Shown piece by piece: positions 1 through 7,757 of a stretch of DNA of 64,000 bases. Source of the stretch: Candidatus Rifleibacteriota bacterium (GTDB lineage Bacteria; Muiribacteriota; Ozemobacteria; Ozemobacterales; Ozemobacteraceae). Positions within the stretch are counted from its first letter, which is position 1, and each line of letters opens with the position of its first letter. The notes beneath the pieces are model-generated. The model did no database searches and was not told the origin of the DNA. It saw only the letters and a program-made list of their open reading frames with translations. The stretch covers positions 13,291-77,290 of the forward strand of contig JBNJGH010000002.1 of NCBI GenBank assembly GCA_051747585.1. The letters run 5' to 3'. The translations under genes were made by a program, and so were the position numbers.

Positions 1-611
1 TCATGGAGATCTTTTTTGTCGAGCCCGATTGCTACTCCGATCAAAAGAGACAGAGTAGCAACATTTATATTATGCGTAAAGGTATAATCATCGAAGGACT
101 TGATATCCATAAGATTCATAATTGCATCCGGTGCCCGCAAGATCTCTTCGACAAGCTTCTCTGAGACTTCTTTGGTTTGTTTCGTATCCACTCCATGCCC
201 CGAACGGACACTGTGAATCATATTTGAAACAGCTTTAAAAGCAACGACCTGTGTTTTTTTGGAAATAACCACTTTTTCACCAGTGGTTATGGTTTTCATT
301 TCGGGAAATTTTTCAAAAAGCAGGTCAAAGTTTTTTGCAATACCGCTTACATTTGCTGCATCTGAAATATCAGTAATCTGAAAGTCACTTACTACATATT
401 CTTTTCCGTCATCGGTACGCAAATACAAATCTTTTCTAATCATTAAGGCTTCGACATCATATTCGCATTTCAGGTTTCGGAAAATAAAACGGGAAGGCAT
501 TTGCCGGGTACCGATGCGATCACCGGGTATCCATACAAATTCCGAGCATGAGCCGATATAGCTGTAACCGGTAAAAATAGATACGTCTGTTAATTTTGTT
601 GTTTGTCGCAT
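1..611 (-). CDS. HD-GYP domain protein (c-di-GMP phosphodiesterase family), 5' part; runs off the window edge
   Basis: Hand translation from ATG at 611: MRQTTKL...EILRAPDAIMNLMDIKSFDDYTFTHNINVATLSLLIGVAIGLDKKDLH. DDYTFTHxxNV is the typical start of an HD-GYP domain. Not in the ORF track because it is truncated. Confidence 0.8.
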   Translation of the reverse strand, partial: MRQTTKLTDVSIFTGYSYIGSCSEFVWIPGDRIGTRQMPSRFIFRNLKCEYDVEALMIRKDLYLRTDDGKEYVVSDFQITDISDAANVSGIAKNFDLLFEKFPEMKTITTGEKVVISKKTQVVAFKAVSNMIHSVRSGHGVDTKQTKEVSEKLVEEILRAPDAIMNLMDIKSFDDYTFTHNINVATLSLLIGVAIGLDKKDLH

Positions 612-631
612 AATAAAAAACTTAAATAAAA

Positions 632-658
632 AATAAACCGCCTTTAAGGCGGTTTATT
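632..658 (-). terminator. Intrinsic terminator after the carboxypeptidase gene
   Basis: Hairpin AATAAACCGCC/GGCGGTTTATT followed by a U-run on the minus strand. Confidence 0.75.
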
Positions 659-691
659 ATACCATGCAAAACTAAAATTAAAAGTTTTTAG

Positions 692-2185
692 CTATTTTTT
701 TATTTGTTCGATAATATCCTGGCGATAAAACTCACCATGAGAATTATTGAACAAAACTCTTGTTCTAACGAAGGATTTCACCAGTGAGGCCTGAGAAAGC
801 TCATTTATTTTATTCCATTTTTCGCTAGAACCGTTTTTGAGATCTTCAACGGTCAATTCTGCCAGTCTTAAACTAATTTTTTCAATTTTATTCAAGACTT
901 CATTGCGCACCTTAATATTTGGTGAGCTCTTATAAAGGTTATTAATATCTTTTATTGCATCATGGGCCGTTTTAAAATCAAGAGCACTTATAATTTCATC
1001 TGAGCCAGAAGGAGAAACGAGACCGTATGTACCGGCCTTATCGATCAGGTAAAGAACGGCAGGAACATTTAAGTTGCAGAAATCATTAATTTGAGTAGCC
1101 GAGGGAACAAATGTGCTACAGAGCTCAAAAGTAAACGAAAGCACTTTTAGTTCACCGTAAAGAAAATCGTCGGAGTCTCCCATGGCAGGGTAAAGATCAG
1201 CGCTGTTCTGTGGCCGATAACGATTAAATTCGGCCATTTTATTAGACATTTTCACAAATATCTCTTTATTGGGATTGGGGATATTATAACCATAGCCATA
1301 AGGATAAAGAATCAGCTCAGAGTAGGTATGAAATGAAATGCTGGCTTGAAATTTTTCTTTTGTGGCAAAATCTCTGATTGCGCAGGCTTCAGGTTCGCTG
1401 AATGGGCCTGTTCCATGATAGGTGTTAGATGAAGTCCATGAGCTGGCCCCGGTATTACCCCACTTGTAGCCATAGTTTCGATTAAGATCGACTCCATAAT
1501 TGCCATCGCCGTTATCCCGGCGATTTTTTCTCCAGTATTTGCTTTTTTCCTGAGAATATACCAGACCATCCGGATTAACTATTGGAACGAACCAGATTTC
1601 TCGAGAATCTACCAGGTGCTTGAGTTCCTGTTTATCATTATAATCTTCGAGCAGCTTTTTAATTGTAGCCATAGGCACTTCAACAGAGGGCCATTCTCTT
1701 GCGTGATGCAGCCCCATGATCAAAGCTGCGGGTTCAGCTTCATCTTTTTGCGGATTATCACTGACTTTTAAGGCCCAGATATCACGGTTTTCACAGCTTT
1801 TTCCAATGGATTTCAAAACACAGATTTCTTTATACTCTTCTGCCCATTTTTTAAGCTGGTCAGTTGCCGTATCAAAAGTATAATATCTGGCATTTTTAGT
1901 TTGTCCGGCTTGCACCGACTTAATGTAATCATCGAGATTTTCGATCAATATCTCGATTGAATAATTCTTGTTTTTTAGTTTGTTTAACTGGGAATCAGTT
2001 ACAACTACCTCAGCAAAATCATTACCGGTTTTTGCCATATCAAAGCCATCGTTAACAAATTTTTGAATTTGCTGTTGCGATAGATCTTTGATTCGCACCA
2101 GACTGTTGACGGGACTCGCCAGCAATGCATTGGTGCAAAGGGTAAAAATACAACAAGCCACAATAAAATAACGTTTCATACTCAA
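692..2185 (-). CDS. Secreted zinc carboxypeptidase, peptidase M14 (carboxypeptidase T-like)
   Basis: Signal peptide and pro-domain; motifs HHAREW (HxxE), WRKNRR, GVDLNRNY, SFHTYSEL, FTFEL. Confidence 0.92.
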   Translation of the reverse strand: MSMKRYFIVACCIFTLCTNALLASPVNSLVRIKDLSQQQIQKFVNDGFDMAKTGNDFAEVVVTDSQLNKLKNKNYSIEILIENLDDYIKSVQAGQTKNARYYTFDTATDQLKKWAEEYKEICVLKSIGKSCENRDIWALKVSDNPQKDEAEPAALIMGLHHAREWPSVEVPMATIKKLLEDYNDKQELKHLVDSREIWFVPIVNPDGLVYSQEKSKYWRKNRRDNGDGNYGVDLNRNYGYKWGNTGASSWTSSNTYHGTGPFSEPEACAIRDFATKEKFQASISFHTYSELILYPYGYGYNIPNPNKEIFVKMSNKMAEFNRYRPQNSADLYPAMGDSDDFLYGELKVLSFTFELCSTFVPSATQINDFCNLNVPAVLYLIDKAGTYGLVSPSGSDEIISALDFKTAHDAIKDINNLYKSSPNIKVRNEVLNKIEKISLRLAELTVEDLKNGSSEKWNKINELSQASLVKSFVRTRVLFNNSHGEFYRQDIIEQIKK

Positions 2186-2241
2186 TTCTCCTTATGAGAC
2201 CTGAAAAATAATACTCTAATACTCTTGTCGAGAATATACTA

Positions 2242-2270
2242 ATTGTAATCCCCTACACAATTTGTGTCAA
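2242..2270 (-). promoter_or_regulatory. Sigma70 promoter of the carboxypeptidase gene, with an overlapping palindrome
   Basis: Minus strand TTGACA-17 nt-TACAAT; palindrome ACACAA-T-TTGTGT (2255-2267) overlaps the -35 box. Confidence 0.7.
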
Positions 2271-2284
2271 GCAACCCAAAAAAA

Positions 2285-2489
2285 CCGTAATTCTCCATTT
2301 GATTGTAGAAACCGTCTCAAGACATTTAGATTGCTTCGTCGTTCTGCTTCGCAGAACTCCTCGCAATGACAATTTAGGACTGTCATTGCGAGCGAAGCGA
2401 AGCAATCCTGATATGCTAAATTTTAGTTTATAACAAAGAACACAAAAAAGTCATGAAACTAGCTAATATTGCTAACCGGATATTTACTG
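2285..2489. mobile_element. MITE-like element, family 1 copy A (degenerate ends)
   Basis: Aligns end to end with 3088-3284; internal palindrome GATTGCTTCG...CTCGCAATGACA/TGTCATTGCGAG...CGAAGCAATC. Confidence 0.7.
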
Positions 2490-2510
2490 AAGAAGACAGT
2501 TGGGCAAAAA

Positions 2511-2978
2511 TTATTTCCAGGATTTGAAGGGTACCCTGGCAAGGTTGGCATTAAGGTATCGAGGTTCGTTGGTAACTTCTTTACCTGCCCATAATGGTAA
2601 CATGAAGGTTTCCTCTTCTTGTTCGAGTTCAATTTCTGCAATAACCAGACCTTTATTATCTCCAAAATACTCATCTACAACCCATTCTTTTCCCTCATAG
2701 TTTAATGTGTAGCGGTTTTTTTCTATTAAAGAATACTGACAAAAGTTTGTGAACAATTCTTCGGCATCATGAATGGGAATTGAATATTCAAATTCCTTGC
2801 GGGTAATATTTCTGGCGGGACCTTTTAAAGTTAAATAGGCATCAGCACCAATAATTCGTACCCTGATCGTTTTTTCTTTTTCAGCACAAATATAGCCCTG
2901 ACGACAATAAACGCCGTCGGCCTGGTTTTTATAATCCTGATTTACTACCAGGAATTTTCTTTCAATTTCATTTGCCAT
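2511..2978 (-). CDS. CYTH domain protein (triphosphate tunnel metalloenzyme / class IV adenylate cyclase-like)
   Basis: EIERKFLV (ExExK), RQGY, RVRI, LTLKG, EFEY, IEKNRY, AEIEL. Confidence 0.92.
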   Translation of the reverse strand: MANEIERKFLVVNQDYKNQADGVYCRQGYICAEKEKTIRVRIIGADAYLTLKGPARNITRKEFEYSIPIHDAEELFTNFCQYSLIEKNRYTLNYEGKEWVVDEYFGDNKGLVIAEIELEQEEETFMLPLWAGKEVTNEPRYLNANLARVPFKSWK

Positions 2979-3087
2979 TGCATCAACCTCATCACTTAGC
3001 AGTCAATAAATTATTTCGCAAAAATTTTTTTAATAAAGCAACGATAGCATAAAAAAAGGAATGGAGAAAATTTTAACAGCCTGTAAT

Positions 3088-3284
3088 CAGCAATTATCCA
3101 TTTATTTGTAGAAACCGTTTCAAGTCATTTAGATTGCTTCGCTTCGCTCGCAATGACAGCCACAAATTGTCATTGCGAGGAGCGTAGCGACGAAGCAATC
3201 TTAAGATATGCTCAAATTTATTATATAACAAAAAATACAAAAATGTCTTGAAACTCGCTAATATTAATAAATGGATAACTACTG
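3088..3284. mobile_element. MITE-like element, family 1 copy B, with terminal inverted repeats and a 9-bp target duplication
   Basis: TIRs CAGCAATTATCCATTTAT / ATAAATGGATAACTACTG; exact flanking direct repeat GCCTGTAAT at 3079-3087 and 3285-3293; internal GTCATTGCGAG palindrome. Confidence 0.85.
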
Positions 3285-3327
3285 GCCTGTAATGGCCAGT
3301 TTTAATTAATTGCTGAAATATAAAAAG

Positions 3328-3349
3328 CAGCCCCGAAATCTCGGGGCTG
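3328..3349 (-). terminator. Intrinsic terminator
   Basis: CAGCCCCGA-aatc-TCGGGGCTG, U-run on the minus strand. Confidence 0.7.
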
Positions 3350-3478
3350 TAAATATAGTTCGGTTTGTTTGCCTTTGCTGGTTTTACACTAATTCTCTGG
3401 AGAGTATTGAATTTTTTGCTTAACAGCAGGAGGGCTATGAGAGTGAGCGAATTTAACAAGGGAGGAAAAGTGAGAGAA

Positions 3479-3501
3479 AAGCCCCGGAGAGTCCGGGGCT
3501 T
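3479..3501 (-). terminator. Intrinsic terminator after the small ORF
   Basis: AAGCCCCGGA-gag-TCCGGGGCTT, short U-run on the minus strand. Confidence 0.6.
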
Positions 3502-3535
3502 ATAAAAGAGTTATTAATCAGAGAGAGAGAGAGGT

Positions 3536-3592
3536 TTAAAGTAAACTACCAAACAAACTGAAGGAAGCATTCACCTCCTTCAAATGTTCCAT
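3536..3592 (-). CDS. Candidate 18-aa small peptide MEHLKEVNASFSLFGSLL
   Basis: AAGGAG Shine-Dalgarno just before the ATG; lies between a sigma54 promoter and a terminator; no homology recognised. Confidence 0.35.
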   Translation of the reverse strand: MEHLKEVNASFSLFGSLL

Positions 3593-3655
3593 AGGCTTCT
3601 CCTTTTAATTCGATTTAATTTTTTAAGAACTTTTATTAAGTTACGAATTAATAGA

Positions 3656-3671
3656 GCATATTACATGCCAA
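3656..3671 (-). promoter_or_regulatory. Sigma54 (-24/-12) promoter
   Basis: Minus strand TTGGCATGTAATATGCT, i.e. GG-N10-GC. Confidence 0.7.
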
Positions 3672-3757
3672 CTTATTTTATTTTCTGGGAACCCGCTATT
3701 ATGGGAACTGTAAGAAGAATTTTTATTAAAGCAATTTAACGGGATACGAAATAAAGT

Positions 3758-3797
3758 AGATCCCCCGATATTTCATGCACGAAATATCGGGGGATCT
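3758..3797. terminator. Long hairpin after trmB
   Basis: AGATCCCCCGATATTTC-atgcac-GAAATATCGGGGGATCT, perfect 17-bp stem. Confidence 0.7.
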
Positions 3798-3815
3798 TGT
3801 TTTTGACAAGCAAAA

Positions 3816-4496
3816 TCAGAAAAGGGGAGAAACCTCTTTATCCAGAATAAATTTTAACAGGCAGATCTTCTTTCCCTGCTCGAGAAACTTTTTCTCGTAA
3901 GTGGTCTTTATTGTTTCTTCCTGGCTTAAAGAATTTCGGGCATATAAATCATCAGTAGCTTTTAAAATTTTCAAACCATTCTTTTGGGCGAGATTCAAAG
4001 TAAATTGATAGGTGGCAAAATCATCAGTTTTTAAATTTATGATTCCACTACCCTTCATAGAAGCAAAATATCGATTGAGAAAAAAAGGAGAGGTCAGTCG
4101 ACGTTTAAGTTTTTCTGAAAAGGGATCGGGAAAAGTTATCCAGAATTCATCAACTTCATCTGCAAAAATTTTATGAATAAAATCTATTTTGCTTCTAACA
4201 AAAGCAACATTTTTTATATTATTCTCTTCGACCTCTTTTGCGCCGTGGTACAGCCTCGAACCTTTTACATCTACACCGATAAAGTTATTATCTGGATACA
4301 GATTAGACAGCCCAAGGACGTACTCGCCCCTGCCACATCCGAGCTCAACAATTAATTTCTTCTGCCCGGCGAAGAAATTATTTTTCCAGTTGCCTTTGTA
4401 AGAGCATTCGTTATTAAGAAGGAACCTTGGGTCAAATTCCATAAGACAATCAAATTGTTTGTTTTCGGCAAATCGTAATAGCTTTTTTTTACCCAT
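3816..4496 (-). CDS. trmB: tRNA (guanine-N7)-methyltransferase
   Basis: ELGCGRGEY, FIGVD, TFPDP, LKTDD, TTYEKKF. Confidence 0.93.
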   Translation of the reverse strand: MGKKKLLRFAENKQFDCLMEFDPRFLLNNECSYKGNWKNNFFAGQKKLIVELGCGRGEYVLGLSNLYPDNNFIGVDVKGSRLYHGAKEVEENNIKNVAFVRSKIDFIHKIFADEVDEFWITFPDPFSEKLKRRLTSPFFLNRYFASMKGSGIINLKTDDFATYQFTLNLAQKNGLKILKATDDLYARNSLSQEETIKTTYEKKFLEQGKKICLLKFILDKEVSPLF

Positions 4497-4545
4497 AACT
4501 TAAGATTTGAATAATAGATTAATCTTAGATAAACCTGGTCAGCTC

Positions 4546-5022
4546 TTAGTCTGAATCGACATGAATAAGCTTGTCGGGAGAAACTTTAGGACCTTTAAGG
4601 ATATCGTTAAAACTAGTTTCTTCAGGATCGACCTTTTGTCCCGTTCTAGAAACAGAGTCAGGACTTTGATCGTTCTGATTTTGCGAGTCGTCGTCCAAAC
4701 TGCTTTCTGATTCGACTCCACTTTTTGCATTATCAATCATTTCCTGCCTTTTATCTTGATCACGCTCCTGAGCAATCTTTTTTAAAGTAGATTTATCGGG
4801 GATGATGATTTCAGCACCATTTGGAATGGCCCTGGGATTGTCAATGCCATTCACTTCCATAAACACCGGATACAAAGTCGGATCACCAAAGAGCCTTGCT
4901 GCAAGCTCCCATAATGTATCCCCCGCCTTGAATATGTAAGTGTCAACTCCTGCAAAGGCTTGAGTTGCAACTGAAAAGGACAGTAGAACAGTTAATACGA
5001 ACAGAAATAATTTACTTTTCAT
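4546..5022 (-). CDS. Secreted LysM peptidoglycan-binding protein
   Basis: Signal peptide; YIFKAGDTLWELAARLFGDPTLY...NGIDNPRAIPNGAEIIIP. Confidence 0.88.
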   Translation of the reverse strand: MKSKLFLFVLTVLLSFSVATQAFAGVDTYIFKAGDTLWELAARLFGDPTLYPVFMEVNGIDNPRAIPNGAEIIIPDKSTLKKIAQERDQDKRQEMIDNAKSGVESESSLDDDSQNQNDQSPDSVSRTGQKVDPEETSFNDILKGPKVSPDKLIHVDSD

Positions 5023-5633
5023 CAGCTTCCTCCTGTTGCCTGTCTGGCAAGGTTCCAGTATTTTTCTTCCTCGGAAAGAGTAGAAGTATAGAATCTTGGA
5101 TAAAGATAAGCTTTTACTTCTACTTTATTAGCTTTATTACTTTTCGATCTGGATTCGAGTTCTTTATCTTTATCGACAATGATGCGAAAAGCGAGAAATT
5201 CTTTGCCCTCTTCGGTAGACTCTTCTATTATAAAGTCATCGACTTTAGCCTTACTTACCGGTCTTTTAGATGCCCCTTCCAGTTGGCGGTAAACCAGATT
5301 GTCTTCGAAGGTATATTTGACAATTTTTCTTTCGCCATTGTAGAGAATACAAAACTTCAATGAGCTTGCGCCCGGGGTGGTTGTAACCTCAGGTTTTTCT
5401 TCTTCTCTGGCGGGTGGAACAGCTACTCTCAAATCAGATTTCAACTTTTCAAGAATGATACTTGCAGACCTGAGATTTGTTAGTTTTGTCTGGCTCTTGA
5501 AAAATTGGGAAAAGGTTCCGGACATCAGTTTATAAATAACGCCCGAAAATAGAGAAATAATAATTACCACGACCATTATTTCTATCATTGTAAAAGCTTT
5601 TTTGTTGTTTTTGCAATATTGAAACATATTCAA
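5022..5633 (-). CDS. Prepilin-type N-terminal cleavage/methylation protein (minor pilin-like)
   Basis: KKAFTMIEIMVVVIII class III signal peptide with E5. Confidence 0.85.
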   Translation of the reverse strand: MNMFQYCKNNKKAFTMIEIMVVVIIISLFSGVIYKLMSGTFSQFFKSQTKLTNLRSASIILEKLKSDLRVAVPPAREEEKPEVTTTPGASSLKFCILYNGERKIVKYTFEDNLVYRQLEGASKRPVSKAKVDDFIIEESTEEGKEFLAFRIIVDKDKELESRSKSNKANKVEVKAYLYPRFYTSTLSEEEKYWNLARQATGGS

Positions 5634-6133
5634 TCCATCACCATGGTGTATAAACTAACCTGGTCAATCTTTTCGCCGGGTCGCGGGAACTCGACTCTAA
5701 CCGTAATAAGAAAATTCGGAACAGAACGACGTTTATTGATCAAATCACTCATCCAGCCAATAATACCCATAGGGCCACGGCTGTCTTTTCCTTTGAACTT
5801 TCTGACCTCGACAATTCTGGTATAGGGATCATCGCATGATGGCGGCGGCGGTGGAACATCATCGAAACGCCTGAAGAAGGCAGCGATCTGTGAGTCATTA
5901 GAAAGCCTGAAATTTTCTATGGAACCTGCCGCCTCTTCAAATTTATGAAATTTTATTTCGCGTATATAGTTAATTAAATCAGAAGCATAATTTGTTGCAG
6001 CTACTTCCTGAAGATTATTTTTTGTACCCTTCTGACCAAATTGAAAAAGATTATATAAAGGCAAAAATGCAAGGCTTAAAAAAACCATGGTAATTAAAAT
6101 TTCAATTAATGAGAATGCAGTTTTACTTTTCAT
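5630..6133 (-). CDS. Prepilin-type protein (PilV-like minor pilin)
   Basis: KTAFSLIEILITMVFL class III signal peptide. Confidence 0.82.
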   Translation of the reverse strand: MKSKTAFSLIEILITMVFLSLAFLPLYNLFQFGQKGTKNNLQEVAATNYASDLINYIREIKFHKFEEAAGSIENFRLSNDSQIAAFFRRFDDVPPPPPSCDDPYTRIVEVRKFKGKDSRGPMGIIGWMSDLINKRRSVPNFLITVRVEFPRPGEKIDQVSLYTMVMD

Positions 6134-6136
6134 AAC

Positions 6137-7171
6137 TTATTTTCTTTCAATTTGTAGAGGTTTATCTTCAAAGGGGTTTAAAGGTTGTTTTTCGGGATTG
6201 AGCAAGACCGAATCTGAGGCAAGAACTTTTGAATTTTCGTCTTTAAGGGTCCGGGTTGCAACTTCGGTTTCAACATCGGTTGCCATATCAGACGCAACGT
6301 CAGGCGGAACATTTGTAGTAGAAGTTTCTGAAGTTGTAACTAGCGGTTCTTTTATTTGATTCGAATGATTCTTTTCATTATTTATAATTATTTTACTGCA
6401 TGATGCCAGGGCTCTGGTTTCTGATGCGCATTTATTGTTAGAAACACGATCATTCATTTTTTTCTCAGAAATCTTTTTGTCACTTTGCCGGGAAGTAGCC
6501 TTATAATTCTGCTTGTTAAGCCAATGTTCGCTTTTATTAATTATTATTTTTACCGGTTGTCCCTCGAGTAATTTAAAAACAGCATCAGAATTGATAAATT
6601 CAAGTTTAAGATTTTTAACCGGTTTTAATACCGACTTTCCGATATGACTGAAAGTAGAAGTAGTCTCTGAGGTTACCTTGAAAATAAAATTCCCCTCTAT
6701 AGTGGCCGGTTGGGCTAAATCAAGCAGGTTTATTTCCTTACCCGGCACAACAGGTTGATTGTTGTAAAAAGCGTTCTGGCCTATTGCCTTACAGGTTATC
6801 AGCTGAGTTATATTATCCCTGGTCTTCATTAATTGCACAGTATTTAATAAAGCCGCAAAAAATATTATTGCCAGGCCAGGCGCGAAAATCCAGAACCAGA
6901 TTTTTCGGGCGCTCAGTTTTTTTTCTTCGTTCTGATCGGGTTCTAACTTCAACTCGGCAATTTTAGTAAGTACTTTTTCTTTTAACCGACTACCTGAAAA
7001 AGCCTCATCAAAGTTTCGACAAACAGCTTTTTCTTTATTGATAATCTCTTCGACTTCAATACGGCAACTTCGGCACTGTCTGATGTGCTGATAAATTTCT
7101 TCAGCATTTTCGGAACTGAGATCTTTATCTATGAACCGATATAGATCTATTTTTTCAGGACAGCTTTTCAT
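6137..7171 (-). CDS. Zinc-finger (zf-HC2/ZAS) transmembrane anti-sigma factor
   Basis: HIRQCRSC (HxxxCxxC), one TM helix, overlaps the ECF sigma gene. Confidence 0.85.
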   Translation of the reverse strand: MKSCPEKIDLYRFIDKDLSSENAEEIYQHIRQCRSCRIEVEEIINKEKAVCRNFDEAFSGSRLKEKVLTKIAELKLEPDQNEEKKLSARKIWFWIFAPGLAIIFFAALLNTVQLMKTRDNITQLITCKAIGQNAFYNNQPVVPGKEINLLDLAQPATIEGNFIFKVTSETTSTFSHIGKSVLKPVKNLKLEFINSDAVFKLLEGQPVKIIINKSEHWLNKQNYKATSRQSDKKISEKKMNDRVSNNKCASETRALASCSKIIINNEKNHSNQIKEPLVTTSETSTTNVPPDVASDMATDVETEVATRTLKDENSKVLASDSVLLNPEKQPLNPFEDKPLQIERK

Positions 7172-7727
7172 CTTTTTCTCTTTTACCCCTTAATAAGGTT
7201 CGAGCTTTAAAAATACGATTTTTAACTGTTTGTAACGGAATTTCCAATATTTCGGCGATTTCCTGATATGAAATCTGATTTACCACTCTTAGAACAAACG
7301 GTTCCCTCAGGTCTTCAGGCAAACTTTGTATCATATCTGAAATACGCTTAAAGCTTTCATTTCTAATTGCGACTTCTTGCGGATTCTTCTGGACAGAATC
7401 CTCTTGATTTATCAAAACAGAATCTACCAAGTCTGTTGCAACAATATCGCGAGATTTCTTTCTAATCTGGTCTACCATTAAATTTCTAGCGATGGTAACC
7501 ACCCAGCTGCTAAATTTTTTATCACAATCAAAGGATCTAAGGTGTTTAAATGCTTTAACAAAGGATTCTTGCGCAATATCTTCAACCTCCTGAAGATTTT
7601 TCATTCTTGTCAACAAAAAACTGTAAATAAGTCTTTCATAACGCTCAATCAAACAACCGAAGTCTTCAGCTCTTCCACTGAGAACTGATGCAACCACTTC
7701 TCTGTCTGATTTATTTTCTTTGCTCAT
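7155..7727 (-). CDS. ECF RNA polymerase sigma-70 factor (RpoE/SigW-like)
   Basis: EDIAQESFVKAF, FSSWVVTIARN, SYQEIAEILEIPLQTVKNRIFKAR. Confidence 0.93.
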   Translation of the reverse strand: MSKENKSDREVVASVLSGRAEDFGCLIERYERLIYSFLLTRMKNLQEVEDIAQESFVKAFKHLRSFDCDKKFSSWVVTIARNLMVDQIRKKSRDIVATDLVDSVLINQEDSVQKNPQEVAIRNESFKRISDMIQSLPEDLREPFVLRVVNQISYQEIAEILEIPLQTVKNRIFKARTLLRGKREKDEKLS

Positions 7728-7757
7728 CTAAAATACCGATAAAAATAGAAAAAGTTT

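Noticed and set aside
2285..3284. Composite transposon carrying the CYTH gene between two direct MITE copies
   Set aside because: The 9-bp duplication flanks copy B alone and none flanks the pair, so independent insertions fit better.
3355..3385. c-di-GMP-I riboswitch-like AAAGGCAAAC (and ACGCAAACTAC near 37437)
   Set aside because: The GAAA-loop stem and second hairpin are missing.
3094..3459. 121-aa ORF in the track
   Set aside because: Reads through a terminator and a MITE palindrome; shadow ORF.
3390..3500. CsrB/RsmZ-like GGA-rich RNA on the plus strand
   Set aside because: Promoter and terminator U-runs point to the minus strand, and few GGA motifs are in loops. Not fully excluded.
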